Both the position numbers and the translations under genes were made by a program. The notes beneath the pieces were generated by a model. It did not search any database, was not told the DNA's origin, and was given only the letters and a program-made list of their open reading frames with translations. DNA of 63,256 bases, counting the filler, from Collodictyon triciliatum (lineage: Eukaryota): assembly GCA_043381765.1 (NCBI GenBank). It is 4 parts of 4 records of this genome, joined end to end, with 100 filler letters (N's around TTAATTAATTAA, not from the genome) between each part and the next. Parts side by side here need not be neighbours in the genome. Positions count along the whole stretch, not along the records: positions 1 to 30,117 come from JBHJMP010000945.1; positions 30,218 to 40,610 come from JBHJMP010000946.1; 2 more parts are not named here. One strand, written 5' to 3'. This document shows positions 25,401 through 38,159 of the stretch, piece by piece. How positions within the stretch are numbered: position 1 is the stretch's first letter; every line of letters starts with the position of its first letter.

Positions 25401-28400
25401 CGGGCATGGATTACAAAACTGTTTTCCTTTTTTATCAATATAAAACCCAACAGGACATTCAAAACAACGTGACTTTCCATCGACGCTATTGTATGTTCCT
25501 GGTTCGCATAGAAAACAGGACGAATTTCCGGCACCTCTTATGATTGGATTGAATGTTCCAGCTGGACATGGTGTACAGAACTTATCCCCTAAATTACTGT
25601 AGAAACCGACCGTGCAATTGTTGCATACAGTTTGCCCTTTAAAATTATTAAATGTTCCAGCTTGGCATTTTTTGCAAATCGATTGGCCCAAAAGATTATT
25701 ATAAGTACCTTCTTCGCATGGAAGACAATCTTTAAGGCTTGTTGAGCCAATGGAAGGATTGTAAGTTCCTGTTGGGCATAATAAACATGAAGTGAGCTCA
25801 TTTCCGTTATTGTAAGAGCCAGCAAGACATTTTTCACATGTACTTGATTGTTGATTGAAAAAATATCCTCCTTGGCACGGGCTCCAGACTTTGATGAATC
25901 TGTCTGTGCTTGCTGAAATAATTTTTGAATCAGAAGTGGCAAAAACGCTATTGACGGAATCTGCATGACTCAGAAGAGTTCGAATTTCTCTTCCATCTGA
26001 TATCGACCATATTTTTACCGATTTATCACTACTTCCTGAATATAACTTTGTTCCATCAGTTGATATTGATATGCTATTAACTGAATTTGAATGTCCAGTC
26101 AATGTTCGAATTAAGGAACCATCTGATAAATTCCAAATTTTGATTGTGTTGTCGCTACTTCCAGAGATTATTTTCGTTCCATCTGAAGGAGTTATAACGC
26201 ATCTGACTGCATTTCCGTGCCCAGTTATAGTTCTGATTAATGCTCCGTCTGATAAATTCCATATTTTTATAGAAAAATCAGCGCTACCAGATATAATTTT
26301 GGTATTATCTGGAGTCAGAAAAACAGAATTTACTTCTTTCGTATGCCCAAAATTTGATCGAATTAAAGTTCCATTTGAGGCACTCCAAATGTTGATATTC
26401 ATGTCATCACTTCCTGATACAATAACAGAATTATCTAATGATATTGCAACGCTCCGAACAGCTGCAGTATGGCCACTTAGTGTTCTTAATAATACGCCAT
26501 CTGAGAAATTCCACATTTTTACAGTTTTGTCACTGCTTCCTGAAACTATTTTTGTTCCATCACTCGAAACGATGACACTATTCACAGCACTCGTATGAAA
26601 ATTTATCGACAAAACTTGGGAGCCGTCAGCATAATTCCAAATTCTTATCAAGTTGTCACTGCCTCCTGAAACCATTTTTGTTTTATCTGGGTTTAAAAAA
26701 ATGCTATTTATTGAATTTGTGTGGCCTGACACTGTCAAAACCAAACTGAAATCAGGAAAATTCCACAATTTGATTGTTGTATCGTCGCTTCCTGATAAAA
26801 ATTTCGCTCCATCTGAGAGAATTGATATCCCGTTAACTGCAAACCCATGTTCATTCATTATATGTATTGTTACTCCTGTTGAAAGGTTCCAAATTCGAAT
26901 AGTATTATCTCCGCCTCCAGATATAATCTTGGAGCTATCAAGAGATATTGCCACTATTTTGACTACTCCTGCGTGTCCATATAGAGTACGAATTATTCCT
27001 CCATCTGAAATTCTTGTTATTTTTACAGTGTTATCACTGCTTCCAGAGACAATTTTTGTTCCGTCTGGCGTGTTAGCAACACAATTTACTGAATTAGAAT
27101 GGACTTGGATAGATTGGATTAGTGAACCATCTTCTACCCTCCAAATTCTAATTGATTTGTCTGCACTCCCAGATACAATTTTTGTCCCATCAGTAGATGC
27201 AACAACGCTTGTGACAGAACCAGTGTGTCCATTAAAAGAACGAATTAATCTTCCATCCAAAATACTTGCAATTTTGATTGTGTAGTCACTGCTTCCAGAG
27301 ACAACTTTATTTCCATCTGAAGTTAGTGAAATGCTATTTACTGATTCAGTGTGGACTTGGATTGTTCGCATGAGAGACCCATCACCAACATTCCATATTT
27401 TAATGGTTTTATCGGCACTTCCTGAAAGAATCATTGTGTCATCAGGTGTTAAAACCACCGAGTTTACGACATCAGAATGACCTAGTAATGAGAGAAGTGA
27501 GCCACCATCAGACATATTCCAGATTCGAATAATATTATCTGAATGTGCTGAGACAACTTTTGATTTAATTAATGATGATGCAATGCTTGAAACCCTGGAA
27601 CCCCTTGTGTATACAATACTCCCATCAGAAAAATTCCATACTTTCATAGTTCGGTCTCCGCTTCCAGAAACGATTTTAGATCCATCAGGAGTAACTGTTA
27701 CACTCACAACCAGATTGAGGTGGCCAATCAATGTTCGAATTAAAGCTCCATCAGAATAGTTCCAAATCCTGATTGCACTATCATAATATCCTGAAATAAT
27801 CTTCAAATTATCATGGGAAAGAGCCACACTCCGAACTAGGTTAGAACTAGCAATAGTCCGAATCAAATTTTCGCTTCGTAAATTCCAAATTTTGAGAGTT
27901 GAATCTGTACTTCCAGAAACAAACTGTGAGCTGTCATTTGTAATCGAAATGCCTAATACAGTAGCGGTATGACCAGTTAATGTGCGAATCAAAGCTCCAT
28001 CAGAAATATTCCAAATTTTGATTGAATTATCTGGCCAACCACTTCCTGATAAGACTTTGGACCCATCAGGAGTAACAGCTACACTATAAACACCACCAGT
28101 ATGACCTGTCAGTGTGCGAATCAAAGTCCCATCAGAAATATTCCAAATTTTTATTTTTGTATCGTAGCTTGCAGAAACAATTTTTGTCACATTAGGAGTA
28201 ATAGCAATACTTGAAATACCACTAGTATGACCAATCAATGTGCGAATCAAAGTTCCATCTCTAAAGTTCCAGATTTTTATTGAATTATCCCAACTTCCAG
28301 AAACAATATTTGAATTATCTGTAGTCACAGGAACGCTCCAAACTCCGCTAGTATGACCACTCAATGTGCGAATCAAAGTTCCATCCGAGAGATTCCAAAT

Positions 28401-28777
28401 TTTGACTGTAGTATCCCCACTTCCAGAAACAATTTTTGAACCATCAGGAGTTATAGCGACACCGATTACCCAGTAAGTGTGACCACTCAATATGCGAATC
28501 AAAGCTCCATCTGAAAGATTCCAGATTCTGATTGTATTATCATCGCTTCCTGACACAATTTTTGAACCGTCAGGTGTGACGATAACACTTCGAACTGAGT
28601 CTATGTGACCAGTTCCCGTTGTATAAATTGATGAAGCTTGGCCCATACAGACCAACACGCTTCTGAGTAATACAAGACCTGTGTGAGAATTAAGGGTCAA
28701 AAAAATCCTATTGATGTAAAAATTTCAAAGGTTATAACACCTGCAGCAAAAACTAGAATGCAGCGGCTGTTTCTCAT
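19427..28777 (-). CDS. ~3095-aa surface receptor-like protein: signal peptide, 22 WD40 repeats, Cys-rich (GCC2/GCC3, ephrin-receptor-like) repeats and a multipass TM domain; one +1 frameshift near 24119-24124
   Basis: Exon 1 (28777-28741) splices in frame to 28678, giving MRNSRCILVFAAGLVLLRSVLVCMG. ORFs 24000-28700 and 19427-25099 join across a T6 run that is T5 in sister repeats. The C-terminus has many hydrophobic helices with YLKADMSILC, FLVDGY..YWEVV and RPF motifs. Confidence 0.85.
21350..25100 (-). repeat. Coding tandem array of ~13 units of 279 bp (93-aa Cys-rich unit)
   Basis: CCTTGTGGACATTC-like anchor at 21501, 21780, 22059 and onward to ~24848, period 279 bp. Confidence 0.92.
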
Positions 28778-29996
28778 CGTGGCAGAATCTGTTGAACATT
28801 TAATTGTAACAATAAATACTTATCGAATTTCTTTTTTATATATCCCAAAAAAGACCACAGTTCCTTCACTACCCTATGAGTTTTATGGATAGACGCTAAT
28901 TCGTCCTTTTTAATGCACCATATTTGTTGACATCTATCTCTAATTTTGATATATGCACGGTGCCTCGAATATTTAATTTATTGTTCATTATTTTTCGAAA
29001 CATGGATGGATTAATCAGTCATCATCATATTGTGATTCATAACAGTTTTTTTCACTCTGAAATTCGATGATTAAAAATATATTGAGCTTGCTTATGGATA
29101 AAGTTGTGCTAGTATCTTAGATTTCAAAATAGAAGATTTTTTAAATGCATCTCAGAAATTCATCTGAAAGAAAAGTTTAATCAATAAACTATTTTTGAGG
29201 CATCTATGATTTGACAGAACTAAAATAAATTAAACATTATCTAAATGATGGTAGAAATTGACGATAAATTTGTCAGCATAACTACAGTTCTTATCTTGTT
29301 CAACTTATAAACCATGACTAAAATTGTGCAATATTTTTTTAAAGAAAGTGTGAAAATTGGGAAGAAAAAAATTGGAATGTGCAATAAAATCCATGATATA
29401 ATACAAGCTTGAGATGAAATCGAAGAAATGATAATGCAGTCGATTTGCGGAACAAAAAATGTATATTTAAAACATGAAGTCATCTTTACGTCCATTCAGG
29501 TGTCTCCGCAATCAATTCAGCAAGTATTGAAACCGAATGGACTCTTATATAATGACAATTGATAGGTTCGTTTAACTGGTATTAATCCATGTTAAAGTAT
29601 TGAATACGAGAGACTTAAGCGATATTAAATCAGGACAGAAATGAAAAAGAAAAACACCATATTCTTTAATTAATACCGCTCAATGGAGAAATGAATTCAA
29701 ATGCAGGAATCGCATGAGCTCGGGAAATATTCAATTTAAACTGGAGTTAATATTAGGGTCGATGCTATCAAAAAATATAAATAAGAGAAGTTAGAACATG
29801 TGTTTATTTATATGAATGATGAAAACTACTTTGAATCGAATAAAGGGAAAAAATAACATCCATCCCAGCTGTTTTGTGTTGGCCTGGGTATTGCGTTGAA
29901 TATTATTTTGATACCCTCTTACTTTATTGCCCAGAAAAATTATGAAAGACACATAAGCTTTGGGAAGAATGAATGGTGCATGCTTGAAAAACGGTT

Positions 29997-30117
29997 GGGT
30001 TTTTATGGGTTTTTATGGGTTTTTATGGTTTTTTATGGTTTTTTATGGTTTTTTATGGTTTTTTATGGTTTTTTATGGTTTTTTATGGTTTTTTATGGTT
30101 TTTTATGGTTTTTTATG
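29997..30117. repeat. (GGTTTTTTAT)n tandem repeat at scaffold end
   Basis: About 12 copies of a 10-mer abutting the spacer. Confidence 0.85.
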
Positions 30118-30217
30118 NNNNNNNNNNNNNNNNNNNNNNNNNNNNNNNNNNNNNNNNNNNNTTAATTAATTAANNNNNNNNNNNNNNNNNNNNNNNNNNN
30201 NNNNNNNNNNNNNNNNN
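30118..30217. other. Artificial scaffold-joining spacer
   Basis: 44 N + TTAATTAATTAA (stops in all six frames) + 44 N; identical structure at 40611 and 60364. Confidence 0.95.
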
Positions 30218-30821
30218 CAAAAACAAAAACAAAAACAAAAACAAAAACAAAAACAAAAACAAAAACAAAAACAAAAACAAAAACAAAAACAAAAAACAAA
30301 AAACAAAAAACAAAAACAAAAAACAAAAAACAAAAACAAAAACAAAAAATGAAGGAATGGAAAGAAAAGGGAGTCATATATCATAATATAAGAAAACGTA
30401 GAGGAGATTAAGCAACCATATCTGCTGCGGCGTAATACGGTGCCGATGGAAAGCGACGAGTCATGGTTCGTGATTTCATTCAGTGTGCCGCGTACTTCCT
30501 GCGAGGCGTGATTGATCGATCGTGCAGAAAGGCGAAGCAAAGGCATCAGTTATATAAATGTGGAAATTATAGAAATAAAATCTGGTAAATGTATATAAAG
30601 ATATGTATCACTATCGCGAGCATAATTTGCATGAATAATTGTGATGTAATATAAAAAATCTGATGTAACTGTCTCAACGGACTCATTGGATGTGTGTTGG
30701 TTGTACTTGGGCACACCATCGAAAAACTGCCAGATCGCTGGTACCAAAAAAGAAAAAACATCTGCAAACTCGGCCGTCACAACTCTTCTCAAACATAGAC
30801 CCTCTTTGCTACGCACAATTC

Positions 30822-30997
30822 TTTTTCTTCTTTTTCCTTTCTTCTTTTTCTTCCTTTTCTTCCTTTTCTTCCTTTTCTTCCTTTTCTTCCTTTTCTTCCT
30901 TTTCTTCCTTTTCTTCCTTTTCTTCCTTTTCTTCTTTTTCTTCTTTTTCTTCTTTTTCTTCCTTTTCTTCTTTTTCTTCCTTTTCTTCCTTTTCTTC
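30822..30997. repeat. (TTCCTTTTC)n-like polypyrimidine repeat
   Basis: Seen directly; a similar tract lies at 31316-31448. Confidence 0.85.
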
Positions 30998-31014
30998 CAT
31001 AATACATTAGTGAT

Positions 31015-34000
31015 ATGGAGATTCGCCGAACGGAAAGCGCGTCCGTGTCTGTCGCCGAAAGCAGTGCCGGGATGAATCGAATCGTGCCTGCAGCTGCGTT
31101 TGTGCCTGCGCCTGCATTTGCCGAAGAGTCTGCGAACGGGAAGGAGCAGAAGGCATTGATGGAGATTCCTGAGGACGAAGGCGCGCTCTATTACGATCCG
31201 TCACTCACGCGCGGGCAGAACAGACGTATCGAGTCCATTATCCGCACCAAGATTGCTGAGGTCAGAGAAGATCTCTTGGCCGAATTCCGTGCGAGGAAAA
31301 AGTGTATGCTTTCGCTTTTCTTTTCTCTTTCTTCTTTCTTCTCTTTCTTTTTCTTCTTTCTTTTTCTTCTTTCTTTTTCTTCTTTCTTTTTCTTCTTTCT
31401 TTTTCTTCTTTCTTTTTCTTCTTTCTTTTTCTTCTTTCTTTTCTTTTTACTGGTGCGGCATCATCTCAAATTTTATCTAGTCACAATAATTCTCATCATT
31501 TTGTTCAAGATTGATGGTTTGTATTGAAGGTCTTGTGTATATTACTAATTACATGGTGGATCATTCTTGCCATATTTGTTTTTTAGATATGAACGATGTG
31601 TCCATAGTTGATCCACATTACCATTCCATCCGATTAAAAACCATGTTTCGGTCCCAACTTCGGCAGAGGTAGTAATGCAATCACCCTTTATATCACACAT
31701 CCTAGGAATTACTTGGAAAAAAATCCCTACACCGAACCAATTGATCGTTTAGAGCACCTTCCCATTTTCTAATTCTAGGTTGAACATCAAACAAATAAGA
31801 GAGTCTGTGTTAAAGAAAAATATTAAAAGCTTAAATCCGAGTTCGGTGGTATCAGAATCAAATGTGAGTGATAATCGCACTTTTTTTATAAAAAAAAATA
31901 CATATGAAGTGGTTCACGCATGTATAGGTGCTCCATTAGTAATTTTGAAGTAAAAGAAACACCCCATATCACGATTATCGCAGATTGCAGAACTTCCTCA
32001 TCTCCCAGACCCAAAGCTGCCAAAAGAGCGGACTGTAAGTAAGAAACGAAGTTCGTCAGTGTCGACAGAAGGTTTTTTTTATACTTTTTTTATACTTTTT
32101 TCTATCTCCATTTCCCTTTCTTATTCCCATTTATCCCTTTCGTCCTCCTTAATTTCATATTGATGAATTTTGCAAACAGTAAACCCATCCTCAGCCGCTC
32201 TCGATATGGAAGTGGACAGCACATACCAAAAAACGACGCCGCGAAAGGTTGAGCTCCCCACAGAGCCATCTGCTCTGCGGATTCACACCTTGAAAAAAAG
32301 AAATTCGGAAATCGCTCTGGGGCCAGCTGTTCTCAATCAACCGACTACAACAGCCGCCTCACCAACAGCTCAACTTGCAAGCCTTGTCGATAAGAGCCGG
32401 AAATCATCTCTCAGTGGAGATTCAAGCACGCCTCACCGAAGCCCAATTTTGCCTGTCAAGTCGCTCCGCACGCAGGCATCTTTGAGGTCACTTCTTTCGA
32501 GAGTTGTGTCTGGAGATGGATCCAATACTGTTCAAAATGAGAGCACTGATTCATATGTGACCACAGACGACAGCGACAGTGAGGGCAGAGAGAAAGAAAG
32601 AAGTGTTTCCTTCGCCAGTCAACTACTACCGAAAGTAGCTGAAATACAAACTGCTCGAGAGACCAGAAACGCTGAAACTGTAAAGGCACTGGACAAATTA
32701 ATCAAATCAATCCACAAGAAACATCCAAGCGACCAGTTCTTTCGACAGGATTGGGTGAATCTAGGTATGGAGGATTACAGAGATGATGAAGAGGATATCC
32801 CCATTCCAGAGGATATATACAATAGTATTGTACAGCATGACCCACTCTTGAGCGCGCACTTTAGTGTCAACCTGGTAAATAGCTTCTTTTGTCATTATAT
32901 GGTTTTGAGCCTTTAGAAAAGATATCGCATTGTTAAAACTATCATATTTTAGATGCAAGCTGTTCGCTTCGTTCATTTTTTGTTTTACTGTACTTTAATT
33001 TAATTTAATTTTAATGATATCTTTAATTTTAATGTTAATGTTAATGGATTAAATTCTTATAAAGATGTGATTAAAAAAGACCAATGGCTATCATAGGACC
33101 CAAATCTAGCAGCTGCCACCGAAACGCCGGTTCCAGCACCGCAGAATAAACAGGCAACGATACCGAATGTAACTGTGAAAAAATCAAAACCCAGGAGGTT
33201 TGTCTTCTCAACGATTTTCCATCGAATGTCCACCGAATATTACATATATGTTCTCTTGGGCCACTTATTTTCTACCATTCGCTATTTAAAAGTAAACTGA
33301 GATTTAATTGCAGACGGCACTTGAACTCCATGAAGAAAGATACTGATATTTTGGATGAATATCCCGCTTTACCTGGTCTTCATGAGCTCACTGCACAAGA
33401 AAAGAAGGAGCAACAAAGTTCCAACAGAGAATATACGACGCAAATGTTGAAGGACCAAGTAATATCATGTTAGACACTCTATTCCTTAAATTTCTGGCCA
33501 TTGGCATTGAATGTACGTTCACAAGCATATCTCTTTCTCTTTTATGCATTTTAGATGGAATTTCGAACCATTTCTACACGCATGGAATCCCGGGAGAGAG
33601 CTGTCGTTGCAGACTTTCATCGCAAATCTCCTATACCCATCGACGAAGAGACTGAAAAGAAACTATCCTCGCAAAAGATGCAGCGTCAGAATATATCAAT
33701 TAACATTATTNNNNNNNNNNNNNNNNNNNNNNNNNNNNNNNNNNNNNNNNNNNNNNNNNNNNNNNNNNNNNNNNNNNNNNNNNNNNNNNNNNNNNNNNNN
33801 NNNNNNNNNNNNNNNNNNNNNNNNNNNNNNNNNNNNNNNNNNNNNNNNNNNNNNNNNNNNNNNNNNNNNNNNNNNNNNNNNNNNNNNNNNNNNNNNNNNN
33901 NNNNNNNNNNNNNNNNNNNNNNNNNNNNNNNNNNNNNNNNNNNNNNNNNNNNNNNNNNNNNNNNNNNNNNNNNNNNNNNNNNNNNNNNNNNNNNNNNNNN

Positions 34001-37000
34001 NNNNNNNNNNNNNNNNNNNNNNNNNNNNNNNNNNNNNNNNNNNNNNNNNNNNNNNNNNNNNNNNNNNNNNNNNNNNNNNNNNNNNNNNNNNNNNNNNNNN
34101 NNNNNNNNNNNNNNNNNNNNNNNNNNNNNNNNNNNNNNNNNNNNNNNNNNNNNNNNNNNNNNNNNNNNNNNNNNNNNNNNNNNNNNNNNNNNNNNNNNNN
34201 NNNNNNNNNNNNNNNNNNNNNNNNNNNNNNNNNNNNNNNNNNNNNNNNNNNNNNNNNNNNNNNNNNNNNNNNNTCAAGCAGCTAAAATATTCGAATACTC
34301 AACCTTCTATTCTTTAGTTAACAGTCCCAACAGGAGGATATAATCTCCAACGCTCACCAAGCTCACGTGCACGAAGCCGGTCAAGAAGAAAGAAGAGTGA
34401 TCTGATGAAAAGTCCGTCCGCTGAATCTGACTTCGAAGACGGTATTTTCACTGCTGATGACGATGATTATAGCATCGACTCGGACGAGGAGTTTTTTGAG
34501 GATGAGATGGCAGGGGCGGTCAGGGTTCCCGGGACTCTAGCACCGCCAACCATCTTCAATCAACGGTCCAGATCCCGACAATCAACAAAGTCGCCCTTTC
34601 AGCAATCAATACTATCTCCAAGACTTTCATATGAGAGTGGAATGAAATCTCCTCGTCTGCACCAACCTAGTGGCGGCTTTGATGGACAAATACCGCAGCT
34701 CTTTACATCCGAGCCTGAAGAAACGCGACCGGATGGAATAACGCGAGACTCATCCACGCTATCCTCTGTCTCTGGCTATGATGCGGAAGTCCCACAGACA
34801 AATCCTGCAGATGACCATTCACGGGCTTCACTTAAAGTATACTCGATTGATGAAGAAGCTGGTCCTGAATTGGCCCGGCCGATAAGTGAGAATCAAGTGA
34901 TTCCGCGGTTGACTGTTGATGAAGCGCGGAGCCCTGCCTCAAGAACTCGTCCGCATGATAAACATCGAATAGGGCAATATGCTGCAGACCCAAGTGCACA
35001 ACAGACAACCCAAGGCTTGTCTCAAAGGCAAAGGGCCAACACAAGATCAGATGAAATGGGAGATTTGCTGCCCGAAGATACAGATAGTCAAAGAATACAG
35101 GATTCAAACTCTGCCAGGACTGAAGCGGAAAACAACTACATGCAAAACGGAGGTACCAAGCAGCCATCAAAACCATCATCAGAAAGACCATTGCTCGGAG
35201 CAGCATCTGACTCTTCAAGAACAATCATGGGCGGGTCGAGTCCTATGAAGTCTAACAGACAAGATGCGCGAGGCTCTGATAGGAATCAAAGTGACCAAGA
35301 TAGTCAGCAGATGCACAATTTGACGAGTGCTGTGAGAGTGATTACCTCTCCCGCTGATAATAGAGCATCAAAAGCAGCTTCGACAGCTGTTACCCAAGAG
35401 GAGCCGGGAAATCTGCATGAAAGTGTTGGTAAAAAATCGACGAAAACAACTGTGGACGAACGAAAAGATGCGGTTGAGATTGAGGGTTCTGAGGCTCAGC
35501 AATCAACGACAAATTCAAGGCGCACGAAGAAGAAAAAAAATAATTCACAGACACAAGACTCTGGCTCTTTCAACCTGACCTATGAATCCAGGGGCTCGGC
35601 CAACTCAGCTTACGCGTATGAAAATACTTGACAACCTGATTATAATTGTTGTATTCCTTCACACCTCATCTCTTGGTCTCTTCATTCGTTCCTTCCTTCG
35701 TGTTATTACTAAACCTTTTTATTTATTTACTCACATTGTGTGCGTTAAATCATATTTCTTTTCCTATTTTTTTTTATAAAAAAATAACAAAAGATATTTC
35801 ATAATCTGCATGTAAACTAGTATCATTCAGTATGGAATTTTAATATCCAAAATTTTATTGCAGCAAAGAAGAACCGAATTCTCTTCGGCTTCAGGGACTT
35901 CTTTCCATACTTGATGCGACTCTGACTAAGCTTGAGTGCGGATATTTTCACAAGGAGCCTATACTGCGAAAATATCATGATATGCTTTCACAAATTCCTG
36001 TTGTGACGAAAGCCGTCAGTGTCTGGGTCCAGTGCCAAGAAATGATTGAGAGACGGGAGACAACCATCCAGCTTATTAAAAACACAGAGAAGTATTCGAC
36101 TGACCCAAGGTTAATACCTTTCTCTTCATGTTCGTTTATTCGTTCGTGTAGATATTTAAACGCTATATTAGTTTCATATCATATACCTTTGCAACAACAC
36201 ATCCGTGAATATTTTGAAATTCGATATAAAATTATCTAGGAAGCAGAAAGCAACAAAAAATGATGATTCCATTGTAAATGAACAGGTATATCCCTGGTCA
36301 CTCAAGAGAAGTTAAATCCTTGATGATTCTCTATTCGATACTAATGTTCATTCTTCTTTATTTCGACGTAGAGAGCCAATTTCATTACTTTGCAATTGAT
36401 GTCTCATGACGTGGTGATTCTAATGAACTACTTGAGAGACACATACGGAGATAGAATGATCTACAAAGGTAGGTTTTTTTTTCTTCTCTTTCTTGTTCTT
36501 TCTATTAAAAATGTTTTCAAAAAAATCTAAGCACCGCATTGTATTTTTGTTTTTTTGTTTTTTCCCTTGTTTTTTTATGGTCCGTCGTTACATTTGTTGC
36601 ACAAGAAACAAAAATTACATGGCTGAATATTACATAATTAGATGAACTTTATGAAGAAAAAATGAGAGCTGACTTTCACGATTTGGCTGAAGTATCTATA
36701 AAGTACAATGTACCGGAAGGTGACTTTGTTCCTGCCCAAAGAAACTTACAGCCAAAGTGGGAGACATCGTACAAGGAAGTGCGTCGAATGATTGAAAATC
36801 AGGACAATGATGAAAAACTCTCCAATGCATTGGGAATATTGTCACACTCGTTGGGCGGCATATTCAAAGTGTTTGTGTCTTGATTTTTATTTATTTATTT
36901 ACTGTGCAATTTGTAATGATAATTTATTCTTTCTCGTGCAAAAGGATCAGAATCAAACTTTCATGCATATTTGTACAACCTATCACTCTTTTGTAGTGCC

Positions 37001-38159
37001 AGTAACGACAAGAGAAGCGGAAATAAGGTTTTACTTCCGCAGTCTGTTGAGCAGAATGCTGTCGATCTTCGGTCCCTTAGATACCAACAAAGCAAAGCGT
37101 ATTGTTTTTTCTCTCTCTCTTATTTTTCATGCATATACCCAAAATAATGAGAAGGGGAAAGACCTCTACAAAAGAAAACAAAAACGCAATATTTTCTTTA
37201 ATTCCCTTTATCAAAATAATATTCTTATTGTTACTCTTATTATTATGAACCACATTGACTCTTCATCCACTTACAGTAATATTTTGTATTGATGACAAAT
37301 ATTTATTATACATAGAAAATTGCGCCCTTGGGTCAAAGATTCCGACCCCAGCTCGTCATCAAGACGCTCGAAAGGTACATATATAAACGCGCCACCGTTG
37401 CTTAGGTCGGACTCAGAAATGGCCAAGGCTGCAAGGTCGGGACTAAAGCAAACGCATCCTCAAGTCTCTTCCTCTCCAAAGGACAACAGCCATTCCAACC
37501 CACCATCAAGCACAACACCCGAGCAATCAAGGCCACGCATGAAAGACAAGAAACGCGAGTTTTCCGGGACTGACCCGCAACCATCACAAACCCTTGTTGA
37601 AAGCATGGATGAAACCCCACAACAGAAACAACACCAACAACAACAACGAGACCAACAAACAGCACCCATTATTACAGACACACAACTACCCAAACTCTTT
37701 TCCAAAGTGAAGCCAAAGCCCGAGCGGACTGCACCCTTGACCAGCCGTGCGTCGCATTCGTTGGCATTACCGGCCGACAAACAAGGGATGGTTTCCAAGT
37801 CGCTTCCCCACCTGCCATTCATTACAAAGCAAGTGTCTGATAATCACGTTGCTGATCACAATTCCCGACACGCACCCCAGGAAGCCGAGCAGCAACAAAG
37901 ACTCCATCTCCCAAACATACAGGAAACAAACGGACCCGCTGTTCGTGTCAAGCAAAGCAGCACAAGCAGAAGAAACTCACGCACAAACATCGGGAGCAGA
38001 GGAACAGACCGAGGAACAGACTCGCCTCTTGGCGGGCCCATTGAATCCCTCCCCAATGCTGCAACTGCGCCACCGCCGTCCAGAGAGAAGCCCAGTGGAG
38101 CGAGTGATGGAAATGCCGTGCTGCGTGATTCCTCTCTGAGGGGCGCGAAAGGTGTGTAG
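31015..38159 (+). CDS. Large mostly disordered protein with a CCDC87-like domain (multi-exon, spans an N gap)
   Basis: Exons 35864-36870 give ILRKY..AVSVWVQCQEMIERRETTIQLIKNTEKYSTDPR...YGDRMIYKDELYEEKMRAD, resembling the recalled CCDC87 C-terminal domain (FGEPVIFKGRPYLDKMKRD). Long S/Q/P-rich exons at 32180-32874, 34326-35631 and 37316-38159. Start codon uncertain. Confidence 0.6.

Noticed and set aside
19427-28777. CatSper auxiliary subunit (beta, gamma, delta or epsilon), given the propellers and nearby CatSper genes
   Set aside because: Canonical WD40 repeats, a Cys-rich stalk and a multipass C-terminus do not match those one- or two-TM subunits.
29997-30117. (GGTTTTTTAT)n as a telomere
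   Set aside because: It does not match a known telomeric unit, and the other scaffolds also end in unrelated microsatellites, so it is more likely an ordinary assembly break.
30162-30173. TTAATTAATTAA as a transposon target or regulatory palindrome
   Set aside because: It sits in symmetric N runs three times and is an artificial six-frame stop linker.
30350-30816. Minus-strand gene start near the left end of scaffold 2
   Set aside because: Exon-like blocks exist, but I could not establish a consistent frame or recognisable domain.
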